Assembly: GCA_965208325.1 (NCBI GenBank)
Contig: OZ242326.1
Span: 1,920,001 to 1,984,000, forward strand
DNA length: 64,000 nt
Source of the DNA: Candidatus Poribacteria bacterium
Lineage (GTDB): Bacteria > Poribacteria > WGA-4E > PCPOR2b
Direction: 5' to 3'
Shown here one piece after another: positions 9,438 to 19,337 of this stretch (the stretch's first letter is position 1; every line of letters starts with the position of its first letter). Both the position numbers and the translations under genes were made by a program. The notes beneath the pieces are model-generated. The model was given only the letters and a program-made list of their open reading frames with translations. It was not told the origin of the DNA and searched no databases.

Positions 9438-10919
9438 ATGTTTGAGTATTATGACGGCTACCTTGGACGTCGCAATTCCATTCCAGTCAATCCGGACGAC
9501 CTTATACGGTTACGGCTGCAAGGACTGCGGTGGTTGCAAGTTGCCAAGCAGGTACCGCGCACTGATGGTGGAATCGGCATCTCCCATAACATCTTATCTC
9601 AGGCCAACCGCGTTCGGGAATCACACGAGTGGCGTATTGCACTTGATGACTACTGGCGACGGCACCATGGAAATGCACCACCACCGTTTGATGTGAAAAA
9701 ATTATTGAGTTATCCTTCAGCACCAAACGCAGAGACGTTTCAATTACCAGAACCTAATCCAGACTCAGAAACACAGACGAATTCTTCCAACGGAGGCTTT
9801 CAATCAGGCAAAGACGTTGAGGAAGATCTGGATAGCGGTGTAGAAGTCGAACGCGACGATCCAAAGCTAAAGATTGTGCGACCATTTAATCCAGAGAAAA
9901 TAAGAGTTCTGACTACCAATACAACCGTGGAACTGCTTGTTTCGCGGATTCGGCATGATGAGGTCGATTTGGAGCCTGAATTTCAGCGCTCATTCATATG
10001 GACAACTGAGCAACAAAGTCGATTGATAGAATCCCTGCTCCTGCGTATTCCAATCCCGGTGTTTTATGTGGCTGCGGATGATAAGGAAAACTGGTCTGTG
10101 GTTGACGGTGTCCAGCGAATGTTTACTATTTACAACTACGTTACAGACAAATTTTCCTTAGACAGACTCGAATATCTGGACCGAATTAATGGCAAAAGGT
10201 ATAGCGAACTTCCGCGACCGATGCAGCGCAGAATTGGCGAAACCGAACTTGTTGTGAACATCATTCAGCCAGGAACCCCCGAGGATGTGATGTTCAACAT
10301 TTTTCACCGGATTAACACCGGAGGCATGACGCTGAACGGACAGGAAATTCGGAACGCGTTACACCCCGGTCCGGTGCGAGACTATCTGAAACGGCTTGCT
10401 CAATCCGAGGAATTCCGCAAAGCAACGGACTATTCAATAAAAGAAATCAGAATGGCTGACCGAGAGTGCGTTTTGCGCTTTATAGCCTTCTATGTTGATT
10501 CGTGGCAGAAATATGGCGACAATGACCTCAACGGTTTTCTTAGTCGCACAATGACTAAAATCAACAATATGGATTCACGATACCATGAAATGCTCGCCGA
10601 AGAATTCAAGAAAGCAATGAACGCCGCTTATCGCATTTTTGGCAGGGAAGCGTTTCGCAAGCGATACGACCGAGAGGATACCCGCCGCCGACCGGTCAGT
10701 AAAGCGCTGTTTGATGCGTGGAGCGTCGAACTTGCGCGCCGTTCGCCTCAAGAAATTGATAAACTCGTGGACAAACGCGAGCAACTCATAGATTGCTTTA
10801 TAGAACTGATGAATTCAGACAGTGACTTTGACAGGGCAATCTCCTATTCAACCGGCACACCTCAGCGAGTGAAAAAACGATTCCACGCGATAGCACAATT
10901 GATTACGGAGGAGATTTGA
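9438..10919 (+). CDS. DUF262 (ParB-like) protein; Menshen NsnA-like
   Basis: PEFQRSFIW..QQSRLIESLLLRIPIP, VVDGVQRM, IFHRINTGG..LNGQEIRN; first of a DUF262 / DUF3696-ATPase / third-gene triad. Confidence 0.85.
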   Translation: MFEYYDGYLGRRNSIPVNPDDLIRLRLQGLRWLQVAKQVPRTDGGIGISHNILSQANRVRESHEWRIALDDYWRRHHGNAPPPFDVKKLLSYPSAPNAETFQLPEPNPDSETQTNSSNGGFQSGKDVEEDLDSGVEVERDDPKLKIVRPFNPEKIRVLTTNTTVELLVSRIRHDEVDLEPEFQRSFIWTTEQQSRLIESLLLRIPIPVFYVAADDKENWSVVDGVQRMFTIYNYVTDKFSLDRLEYLDRINGKRYSELPRPMQRRIGETELVVNIIQPGTPEDVMFNIFHRINTGGMTLNGQEIRNALHPGPVRDYLKRLAQSEEFRKATDYSIKEIRMADRECVLRFIAFYVDSWQKYGDNDLNGFLSRTMTKINNMDSRYHEMLAEEFKKAMNAAYRIFGREAFRKRYDREDTRRRPVSKALFDAWSVELARRSPQEIDKLVDKREQLIDCFIELMNSDSDFDRAISYSTGTPQRVKKRFHAIAQLITEEI

Positions 10920-12055
10920 TGATAAGGAAAATCAAACTGTCGAATTTTAAGTGCTTTCGAAATCTGGATCTGGACTGCGCTCCGCTTACACTATTATGCG
11001 GTTTGAACGGCATGGGAAAAAGTACTGTTATCCAAGCGCTGCTCGTCCTTCGACAGTCGATAGAATCAGGGGACTTACTTGACGGCAGACTAGCGCTCGG
11101 CGGCGCACGCGCCGATCTCGGCACTGGACCAGACGTACTTTTTGAGGGGGCTGACATTAATAATGTTGGATTTGAAATCGAGTCTGACGGAATCAATATT
11201 CCTTGGAAACTATCGTTTCGGTATTCAAGGACGAGCAATCAATTGGCTGTTGAAAGCAGTGATTTGAATCTCTCTTCTCCCTTCGTGCCTACGGATTGGC
11301 AGCAAATCCCCCCATTCGGACATAATCTCCTGTACATTGATGCAGAACGCGTCGGTCCGAGAAAATTCCATCCACTCTCAGAAGCTGTGGCGCGTCGAGT
11401 CGACTTTGGATCAGGATGTCAATACGCCTTAAACTACCTAAGTCTAAACCGAAATATGAAGTTGCTTGAAGGCGATCCGCGTTGCGTCAACTTGCCGGAG
11501 CATCGCGAACACAGTCTAATGGCTGTCGTCAATCACTGGTTGCAAGGAGTTACCCCTGGTGTTCGCGTTAATCTTGATACTGTCCCCACCGCGGATGCCC
11601 TTATCGCCGAATACTCTTTCGATCGTCCGGGAGACGTACCTACTAAGCGTTTTCGGGCGACAAACGTCGGATTTGGTTTGTCGTATACGCTTCCGGTAAT
11701 ACTTGCGCTGCTATCTGAACCGGGCACATTGTGTTTGATAGAAAATCCAGAAGCGCACCTTCACCCGCGCGGGCAGACGAAGTTGGCGGAACTCGCGGTG
11801 CGCGCATCGTTAGCTGACGTGCAGGTGATTGTGGAAACTCACAGTGACCACTTCATGGATGGGGTGCGTATCGCTGTGCGGGACGGGTTAATCTCTCCCG
11901 ATAAAGCGGCCATCCATTACTTTGAACGCCCCGAAGGCGAGACGGTTGTGACTTCACCGCAAATTGATGAGGACGGACGGCTGTCAACATGGCCTGCCGG
12001 CTTCTTTGACCAACACGAAGAAAACTTGGAGAAACTGCTTGCCCCCAAAAACTAA
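10916..12055 (+). CDS. ABC/OLD-type ATPase with C-terminal DUF3696; Menshen NsnB-like
   Basis: GLNGMGKS, NVGFGLSYTLP, LIENPEAHLHP, VETHSDH, C-terminal GRLSTWPAGFFDQ. Confidence 0.85.
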   Translation: MMIRKIKLSNFKCFRNLDLDCAPLTLLCGLNGMGKSTVIQALLVLRQSIESGDLLDGRLALGGARADLGTGPDVLFEGADINNVGFEIESDGINIPWKLSFRYSRTSNQLAVESSDLNLSSPFVPTDWQQIPPFGHNLLYIDAERVGPRKFHPLSEAVARRVDFGSGCQYALNYLSLNRNMKLLEGDPRCVNLPEHREHSLMAVVNHWLQGVTPGVRVNLDTVPTADALIAEYSFDRPGDVPTKRFRATNVGFGLSYTLPVILALLSEPGTLCLIENPEAHLHPRGQTKLAELAVRASLADVQVIVETHSDHFMDGVRIAVRDGLISPDKAAIHYFERPEGETVVTSPQIDEDGRLSTWPAGFFDQHEENLEKLLAPKN

Positions 12056-12056
12056 T

Positions 12057-12974
12057 ATGCGAGAGATGGTACTGAATCACGCGAGCCTTACAGCGCCCGA
12101 TTACGACACCGCGCTTTGCTGGCTGAAGGACGTCGCTATCGGGATGATTCAGCTCCGGAGCATCGCTGATCCAAGTCTGAGGATGATTCATGCTGTGCAT
12201 GAAATCGTGATACTTCCCAAGCTTTCGCTTTTCGATGCATTCAAATCATTAAGGAGTATCGGCGCACGGGAGGAGTCGGCGTTTCTCATGCGTCAAAGTT
12301 CAAAATACCCGCTTCTGAGCGACGTCGAGTCGAATGTAAGGGCTCGCTTCTTAGCGTGTGAAGGCAGACAACTTCCAGCGGAAGACTGTGAACCGCTCAT
12401 CTTATGTGCAATTGCGAATTGGATTGCCGTCGGTTTTCCGTCAGACTCTAGGTGGGATAGTGACCAACTCACAGTCAGGTTCAACGAGTTGCTTGCTGAC
12501 GAGAGAATTGAAGAAGCAGGCGAGAGGATAGATAACCTCGCTAGATCAACTCACTCCAACTCAATACGCGAGCGTCATCGTGCGGCATTCCTTGAGCATC
12601 AAACCCCTTCGGCAGTATGGGAACAAAGGGACGAGGTGTTTCCAAATCTAGTTTTTGGTCGAGATGTTAAACCACCGCCACAATTTCTCGGAAGCGCTAT
12701 GAGAAGGCTCGCCGAGCTTGACAATTCGGCGGCCGAATGGCGGGTTGTTGGAGGGACCGCACCTTGCTGGGCATGCAAAGTCACTCCCGAAAGCCAGAGC
12801 GTTAGAAACAACCCGGCGTTATTAAACGCGCGCCGATTTAGGTCAAGACACGGGACACGGGAATTGTATGAATTGCACGCCCGGATAGGTAGTGGATTCC
12901 GTATTCACCTTCGTTTCGACGCCAAAACACGAGAAGTCGAGATTGGATATATGGGGCCTCATTTGCCACTATGA
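12057..12974 (+). CDS. Putative Menshen NsnC-like effector (possible C-terminal RelE/colicin D-like RNase)
   Basis: ATG at 12057, 1 nt after the ATPase stop; C-terminal TPES...RRF...ELHARIG..FRIHLRFD...EIGYMGPHL; third-gene position. Confidence 0.6.
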   Translation: MREMVLNHASLTAPDYDTALCWLKDVAIGMIQLRSIADPSLRMIHAVHEIVILPKLSLFDAFKSLRSIGAREESAFLMRQSSKYPLLSDVESNVRARFLACEGRQLPAEDCEPLILCAIANWIAVGFPSDSRWDSDQLTVRFNELLADERIEEAGERIDNLARSTHSNSIRERHRAAFLEHQTPSAVWEQRDEVFPNLVFGRDVKPPPQFLGSAMRRLAELDNSAAEWRVVGGTAPCWACKVTPESQSVRNNPALLNARRFRSRHGTRELYELHARIGSGFRIHLRFDAKTREVEIGYMGPHLPL

Positions 12975-12981
12975 ATACCTT

Positions 12982-13035
12982 GAGGTCGATACACTCAATC
13001 AGCAACTGAAGAAGTTGCCATTCGTAAGGTTGAAG
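12982..13035 (+). pseudogene. Second remnant of the aspartyl-protease 3' end
   Basis: EVDTLNQQLKKLPFVRLK vs EIDPFNQQLKNLPAVRLK at 9240-9293 (13/18 identical). Confidence 0.6.
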
Positions 13036-13110
13036 AAACTGCGGACGAGACGGGAAAAGAAAAAGACAAATTAATGCGATATAACTAGAGTTCGATAAAA
13101 GGGAACTTTA

Positions 13111-14457
13111 TTGAAAAAAGTAATGGCTCAAGCACGCGATCACATCTTTATTAGCTATGCGACCGAACAGTGGGCGCTATGCAATTGGCTTGCTCGCCGG
13201 CTTGCTGCGAACGGGTACGCTATCTGGTGCGATCGTCAAAAATTGCTCGGGGGTGAAAACTGGCCCAACGACATTAATGTAGCGATTAATGAGCGAACAT
13301 TCCGCATGCTTGCCCTTTTATCGCGAGAATCAATTAATAAACAGAATCCGCAGGGCGAATGGCTGAAAGGATTCGCCATTGGCAAAAAACTGGGCATTGA
13401 CGACTTTGTTATTCCGTTGAACACCGATGGACTCCGGCCAGACGAAATCCCATGGAATCTTCAACCCATAAACTACATCTCCTTCTCACCAAATTGGGCG
13501 GAAGGGCTCGCCGCGCTTTTGAAAAAACTCGAAACAATTGACGCTCCACGCGTACTTACCGGCGGACCGCGAATTGCCATAGACTCCATCGTTACTACCA
13601 ATGCTGTCCAGACGGAGCCTGAAGTCTTGCTAAGTAACTGCTTTGAGATCATCCACGCACCGCGCTTCGTATTCAAATACAAACTGCTTTCTGGTCGACT
13701 CTCGATAGATGAACGACGCGCGTTGCGGAAAGACTGGGCATGTCGCGATGTATCGCCGACTCGTGTGTTCGCTTTTCATGATCCACCCGTGTCCGTGATG
13801 AAGCGCTATGGTTTTCGTCGTATTTTGCAGGAATCTTGGGTGGATAAAGATAAGATCGATGGTTTCGACACTCGGGACCTCGTAGTTAGCCTCATACATA
13901 AATGTATAAATCGTTTATTTAAGGAGAGAGGACTAAATTATTGCAATGATAGGAAGCAATGGTATCTACCGTGTGGACTTCTGGACAATGACCGTGTAAA
14001 ATACTCACTTCCGTCTGGCAAGCAGAGTTGGTGCAGTGGCGTCGGTGAACGCACTTACTTCGGAGCAAGTGGTAAAGAGATTTACCGATACCACCTGAGT
14101 CCATCATTTACGGTACTGCGCGATCAAATTAATCCATTCGTGCTATTGCTTAAAAATCGGGTTTATCTCACCGATGTGAAGGGCATCCCGCTTGATGAAC
14201 AAAAGATTGTATCACGGCGCAAACATCTTTGTAAGGGTTGGTTCAATCGTGAGTGGTGCGTGCGAACGCTCGGAATTTCCCAGCTACTCGCCGATGGGAA
14301 TGGCTTTATCCGTTTTGGCCCGGAGGGAAAACAGGAACTAATCATCAAAGCAATGCCGATTGTAATAAATGCCCCCAAAGGTATCCGCGACGACATTGTG
14401 GACGAACCCGATGAAGATTACACGACATGGTATGAGGAAGAGGACGAAAATGAGTGA
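13111..14457 (+). CDS. TIR-APAZ protein (SPARTA NADase effector); start TTG 13111 or ATG 13123
   Basis: TIR: HIFISYA...WLARRLAANGYAIWCD..LLGGENW, putative catalytic Glu in NPQGEW, FVIPL, ISFSPNWAEGL; C-terminal SRRKHLCKGWFNREW typical of APAZ; overlaps the pAgo start. Confidence 0.88.
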   Translation: MKKVMAQARDHIFISYATEQWALCNWLARRLAANGYAIWCDRQKLLGGENWPNDINVAINERTFRMLALLSRESINKQNPQGEWLKGFAIGKKLGIDDFVIPLNTDGLRPDEIPWNLQPINYISFSPNWAEGLAALLKKLETIDAPRVLTGGPRIAIDSIVTTNAVQTEPEVLLSNCFEIIHAPRFVFKYKLLSGRLSIDERRALRKDWACRDVSPTRVFAFHDPPVSVMKRYGFRRILQESWVDKDKIDGFDTRDLVVSLIHKCINRLFKERGLNYCNDRKQWYLPCGLLDNDRVKYSLPSGKQSWCSGVGERTYFGASGKEIYRYHLSPSFTVLRDQINPFVLLLKNRVYLTDVKGIPLDEQKIVSRRKHLCKGWFNREWCVRTLGISQLLADGNGFIRFGPEGKQELIIKAMPIVINAPKGIRDDIVDEPDEDYTTWYEEEDENE

Positions 14458-15970
14458 AGCATCAATGCTCGGTGAACTCAAGATTCTTGATGAACCTGCA
14501 CTAGAATTTCGGTTTGGCCAACAAGTCAGCGATCCGCGTGACGGACTATCATTGTTTGGACCATACGATGTCGATGCTATAAGCCACCCGGCTGCTGTTT
14601 CATACGGTGTTGTCGGAACAACTCGGGGCATAAATCTTTTTTCAGCTTGGTCGAAAGCTATGGTTAGCGCGTGGACGAATGCGCCGAAGGAACGCCACCG
14701 GTTGTGGCCTCCTTACCCCGGTTTTCAAGCCGCGTTCGACAGTGACTGGCGAAGCGAACCAGTTTGGGAACATGTTCTTGACCATGATACACTGGATGAT
14801 GCGGCTCATCGTTATGATCCCTACGCGCGGGTATACGCGGTCGTAGACCAGTATCTCTTGGCTTTTGAAGATTTGCGGAAGATTGATGAGAACCTAAATG
14901 TCATGATATGCGTTGTTCCGGATGAGGTATATCGAACATGTCGAGTAAAGTCGCGTGTGAAAAAATCAACTAGTGAAGTCGTTTCGATGCGAGACGTTAA
15001 ATCTCGTAAGAAAGGGCAACTTGAAATATTTTCTGAGTATGTGCAGGAAACGTACCAATTGTCGCTTGATTTTCGAAGGCAAATCAAGGCACGGACGATG
15101 GCTTACAATATGCCAATCCAGATTATCCGTGAATCTACGCTTAGGCTAAATGACGAAAACAGGTTCGGGCAACGGCAGCTGACACCCCTATCGAATCGCA
15201 TGTGGAATCTTGCGAGTGTAATTTACTACAAAGCAGGCGGCAAGCCTTGGAGGCTCGCCACCGTTAGGGACGGCGTTTGCTATGTTGGGCTTGCCTTTCG
15301 CCGAACGGACGATCAGGACGGGACCAAGACAGCAGCCTGTGCTGCTCAGATGTTCCTCGACGATGGGGACGGCATTGTATTCTTGGGCAACTATGGTCCG
15401 TGGTATTCTCCGAAAGAAAACCAGTATCATCTCACGAAGCAGGCTGCATACGAACTACTAAAGGGAGCTCTTGAGACATATGCACAACTCCACGGAAAAC
15501 ATTTGACTGAAGTTTTCCTGCACTCGCGGTCAGACATCAGCGCCGAGGAGTTCGACGGTTACCAATCCGCCGCGTCAGACGGATTGAAGGTCGTGGGAAT
15601 TCGCGTGCGTCCATGGCGTGATGGTCCGCGACTGTACCGGCTAGACAAACCATGGCCGGTGATTCGAGGCACGTTCTGGCAGCATTCCGAAACTCGGGGA
15701 TATTTGTTCGGGTCCGGGTTCAAACCACGTCTCGGAACTTACGACGGATGGGAAATCCCTACACCTCTACAGATTGATATTCAACATGGCGAAGCAGATA
15801 TCGAAGATGTAGCGCGCGACATCTTAGGTCTAACCAAACTCAATTACAATGCTTGCGGTCCCGGAGATAAGCAGCCGGTCACCGTAAAGTTTTCTGATGA
15901 AGTTGGTGAGATTCTCGTGAGTAACCCTACCATCACTGAACGGCAACCCACTTTCAAATATTACATCTAA
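14450..15970 (+). CDS. ago: Short prokaryotic Argonaute (MID-PIWI, non-catalytic), SPARTA
   Basis: EPALEFRFGQQVSDPRDGLSLFGP, QIKAR..MPIQIIRESTL, YYKAGGKPWRL, CYVGL (no catalytic Asp), ACAAQMFLDDGDG, LTKLNYNAC, FKYYI terminus; 506 aa from ATG 14450; ATGAGTGA overlap. Confidence 0.93.
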   Translation: MSEASMLGELKILDEPALEFRFGQQVSDPRDGLSLFGPYDVDAISHPAAVSYGVVGTTRGINLFSAWSKAMVSAWTNAPKERHRLWPPYPGFQAAFDSDWRSEPVWEHVLDHDTLDDAAHRYDPYARVYAVVDQYLLAFEDLRKIDENLNVMICVVPDEVYRTCRVKSRVKKSTSEVVSMRDVKSRKKGQLEIFSEYVQETYQLSLDFRRQIKARTMAYNMPIQIIRESTLRLNDENRFGQRQLTPLSNRMWNLASVIYYKAGGKPWRLATVRDGVCYVGLAFRRTDDQDGTKTAACAAQMFLDDGDGIVFLGNYGPWYSPKENQYHLTKQAAYELLKGALETYAQLHGKHLTEVFLHSRSDISAEEFDGYQSAASDGLKVVGIRVRPWRDGPRLYRLDKPWPVIRGTFWQHSETRGYLFGSGFKPRLGTYDGWEIPTPLQIDIQHGEADIEDVARDILGLTKLNYNACGPGDKQPVTVKFSDEVGEILVSNPTITERQPTFKYYI

Positions 15971-16001
15971 AAAACTTTACAATGCTTGTGTGACTAAATT
16001 C

Positions 16002-19000
16002 ATGACCAAAGACAAACGCCTCATAGAAGTTGCTTTTCCGTTGAAGGAGGTTTCGCTTGATTCGGTGCATGAGAAGAATGTGCGGCATGGGCATATCTCG
16101 ACACTGCACATTTGGCCCGCGCGGAGACCGCTGGCAGCCGCACGAGCGGCGCTCATCGCAACGCTGCTTCCCGATCCCGGCAACGCCGACGAACGAAAAG
16201 CCATCTTGAAACGCATGGCGGGTAAGGTTGTCGAGACGACGGAACGCAAACGCCTGAACGGATGCATCGTTGAGAAGACCAAAGAGGTGACGGAGGGCGG
16301 CATCCTCCATTGGGGCAGAGAGAACGGCGAGGCGCTCCAGTGGTTTCGTGACGAGATTCGCAGAGCCTACGGTGGACGGGCTCCCAAGGTATTGGACCCA
16401 TTCGCCGGCGGCGGTGCCATTCCGCTTGAGGCGATGCGGCTCGGCTGCGATGTCACTGCCATGGACATCAACCCGGTGGCGTGGTTTATCCTGAAGTGCA
16501 CGCTCGAATACCCTCAGAAACTCGCTGGTCAGACGCGACCGCTGCCCGATTTCGCTGTAGCTGACCGCGAATTCATGACATCCTACCTGAAAGCCAAGGG
16601 ATACAAGAGCAGTAGGCTACGGACAGCGCTTCAACGACTCGGCCACGGCGACGGCAATGAAACCCAGTTAGAACATCTCCCCCACGACGATTCGCTGCTT
16701 AAAGCCGACCTGGCGTGGCACGTCCGCGCTTGGGGCAGATGGGTGTTGGCAAAGGCGCGCGCGGAGTTGGCACCCTACTACCCTACCTACGCTGAATTTG
16801 AGCCGCTCGACCCAGACGCTGACTTTGAGCCACAGCCCCTAGAACTCTTAGCGGTTGATAAGAACGGCGTGCCTCAAATCGATCCGCTCAACGCTGAATT
16901 TGACGACGACTACCTCAACGACCCTCGTAACCCGCGTTGGATTGCCAAGCCGACGGTCGCCTACCTTTGGGCACGCACCGTAACCTGCAAAGGCTGCCGC
17001 GCCACACTGCCTCTGCTCAAAACGCGCTGGCTGTGCAAGAAGGAACGGAAGCGGATACTTTTGACGATGGGACCGAACGCTGACGAGACCGGCGTTGTTT
17101 TTGGGGTAAAGACCGATGTGCCCCAGAACGGCGGGAACAGCGCGCAGCGGCGGGAACACGACAAGCGAATCGGAGCGGGTACCATGTCTCGCACCGGCGC
17201 AACCTGCCCTCGTTCCCGCTGCAAGGCGATTATGACGATGGAAGATATCCGCCTTGAAGGACGCGCCGGACGGCTAGGTGCGGTGATGACGGCTGTCGTC
17301 GTGGAAGGGCAGAAGGGAAAAGAGTACCGCCTACCGACCAACCATGAGTGCACCGCGGCAGCGGTGACTGAAGAGCAACTTCGTTCTCATTACGCAGATG
17401 TCCCCTTCGGATTGCCGGATGAACCTTTACCGAGCAAAGATGCTCTCGGGTTTCGTATTCCACTATATGGCTTTGACACATGGCGGAAATTGTTCACAAA
17501 TCGGCAACTTGTCACTCAATCAACCCTCCCGAAAGCGATCGCTCAATCCAAGTCAGAAATTGAGACGATATATGACAATGGCGTTGCGGATGCGATAGTG
17601 GGTTTCTTGGCGTGCATCATGGACCGTCAAGCGGCCTACGGAAGCGCAGGTTGCATATGGGTTAACGGCAATGAACATATGGGGCAACAGTTTAGCCGTT
17701 TCGCCCTGCCAATTGTTTGGGACATCGCTGAAGTGTGTCCGCTGACTAACGCGTCCGGTGGCTTAGACAGCGCTTATGAGTGGGTGACAAAGGTTGTCGA
17801 CCATCTTCAAGCAGCTGTTAAAGATGCAGCAAAACCTCAACTGGAACTGAAGTCAGCAATTCAAGCACAGGATAAGCGCTATGATGTAATTATCACCGAT
17901 CCGCCTTACTATGACGCCATCCCTTATTCCGACCTGATGGATTTCTTTTATATCTGGCTTCGCCGCCTCGCACATAGTTGTTCAAACGAATTGCGGGAGG
18001 TTTTTCTGTCTCAACTAGGTCCGAAGTGGAATGTGGAAGACAATGATGGAGAGTTAATTGACGATGCAAGTCGATTTGAGGGTGATAAGTCACAGGCGAA
18101 ACAGAATTACGAAGACGGTATGGAGCGCGCGTTCAGAGCGTGTTCTGAGGCGCTTGTGCCGGACGGAAGACTTGTCATTGTTTTTGCGAGTAAGAGTCCA
18201 GAGGCTTGGGAGACGCTCGTCGCAGCTCTGATTCGAGCGGGTTTCGTGGTGGATGGTTCATGGCCCATTCAGACGGAGCGACAGGGACGATTGCGATCTG
18301 TAGGCTCCGCAGCTCTTGCCTCTTCTGTTTGGATTATCTGCAAAAAGCGACCGCGCGCTCGTCCGGGCTGGGATCACACCGTCCTCGACGAGATGCGGAG
18401 TAATATTACCCAGCAATTGCACGACTTTTGGGACGCGGGTATTCGGGGACCCGACTTCGTGTGGGCGGCGACAGGTCCCGCACTGGAAGCCTTCAGCAAA
18501 CACCCGATTGTTAAGAAGGCAACCACTCAGGGCGAACTGTTGTCAGTCTCGGAGTTCCTGCGCGAGGTGCGGCGGATGGTCGTGGATTTCGTTGTCGGTC
18601 GCGTCTTAACCCAAAACGGCGAGGCGGAAGCCACCACCGAGTTAGACGATGTGACGACGTATTACCTGCTGCATCGCAACGACTTCAAGATGGACGGCGC
18701 ACCCGTCGGCGCCTGCATTCTTTACGCCTTGTCATGCAATCTATCCGACGCGGCGCTGGTCAACCAGTACGACCTCCTGACTCAATCGGGCGCAAAAAAC
18801 GCGGATGAGGATCTTGAAGCGGAGGACGACGAGGACGCTGAAAGCGGGAGCGGCGCCAAGGTTAAACTCAAGGCGTGGCACCGGCGGGGACGGCGCAACC
18901 TCGGCCTTGAAGCACCGAGCGGGCAGCCGGTGCCGCTCATCGACCAGGTGCATAAGCTGATGCACCTCTGGCGCGCCGGCGATCAGGCCAAGGTGGACAA

Positions 19001-19178
19001 TTATCTTAGCGATCAGGGATTGCAACGCAACACGCTATTCAACCAGATTCTTCAGGCGCTCATTGAGTTGGCAGACGAGGGTACAGTAGAGCGGTCGATT
19101 CTTGAAGCGCTAAGCAACCACCTCGACGCGCGGGGCGACGTCCGGGAGTCGGGTCAACGGTTGTTTTTTGAGGGTTAG
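16002..19178 (+). CDS. DUF1156 family adenine-specific DNA methyltransferase with Zn-ribbon insertion (GTG 15990 alternative start)
   Basis: RLIEVAFPL, HISTLHIWPARRPLAAAR, motif I DPFAGGG, CxxC/CPxxxC pairs, motif IV TDPPYY. Confidence 0.9.
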   Translation: MTKDKRLIEVAFPLKEVSLDSVHEKNVRHGHISTLHIWPARRPLAAARAALIATLLPDPGNADERKAILKRMAGKVVETTERKRLNGCIVEKTKEVTEGGILHWGRENGEALQWFRDEIRRAYGGRAPKVLDPFAGGGAIPLEAMRLGCDVTAMDINPVAWFILKCTLEYPQKLAGQTRPLPDFAVADREFMTSYLKAKGYKSSRLRTALQRLGHGDGNETQLEHLPHDDSLLKADLAWHVRAWGRWVLAKARAELAPYYPTYAEFEPLDPDADFEPQPLELLAVDKNGVPQIDPLNAEFDDDYLNDPRNPRWIAKPTVAYLWARTVTCKGCRATLPLLKTRWLCKKERKRILLTMGPNADETGVVFGVKTDVPQNGGNSAQRREHDKRIGAGTMSRTGATCPRSRCKAIMTMEDIRLEGRAGRLGAVMTAVVVEGQKGKEYRLPTNHECTAAAVTEEQLRSHYADVPFGLPDEPLPSKDALGFRIPLYGFDTWRKLFTNRQLVTQSTLPKAIAQSKSEIETIYDNGVADAIVGFLACIMDRQAAYGSAGCIWVNGNEHMGQQFSRFALPIVWDIAEVCPLTNASGGLDSAYEWVTKVVDHLQAAVKDAAKPQLELKSAIQAQDKRYDVIITDPPYYDAIPYSDLMDFFYIWLRRLAHSCSNELREVFLSQLGPKWNVEDNDGELIDDASRFEGDKSQAKQNYEDGMERAFRACSEALVPDGRLVIVFASKSPEAWETLVAALIRAGFVVDGSWPIQTERQGRLRSVGSAALASSVWIICKKRPRARPGWDHTVLDEMRSNITQQLHDFWDAGIRGPDFVWAATGPALEAFSKHPIVKKATTQGELLSVSEFLREVRRMVVDFVVGRVLTQNGEAEATTELDDVTTYYLLHRNDFKMDGAPVGACILYALSCNLSDAALVNQYDLLTQSGAKNADEDLEAEDDEDAESGSGAKVKLKAWHRRGRRNLGLEAPSGQPVPLIDQVHKLMHLWRAGDQAKVDNYLSDQGLQRNTLFNQILQALIELADEGTVERSILEALSNHLDARGDVRESGQRLFFEG

Positions 19179-19267
19179 GCGACAAAACGAGTTTCGAACA
19201 TTTGGGGTTCCATTACCTGTCGCCCCAATGCTCCTATCGGGCTTCAAAGCAACACATGCAGATTACG

Positions 19268-19291
19268 GCACACGGAGTGTGCCTACTACTA
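19268..19291 (+). repeat. REP-like palindrome family G (ggcacacggagtgtgcctactac)
   Basis: Palindrome ggcacac-gga-gtgtgcc followed by tac; also at about 50777 and 51121. Confidence 0.65.
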
Positions 19292-19337
19292 TGGTTCAAC
19301 TGCGTAAGTGCTATCTAAATCGAATGCGGTCTTTAAC

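Noticed and set aside
13111..14457. Thoeris or CBASS TIR protein
   Set aside because: The TIR is fused to an APAZ-like region and coupled to a short pAgo. No ThsA or cyclase gene is nearby.
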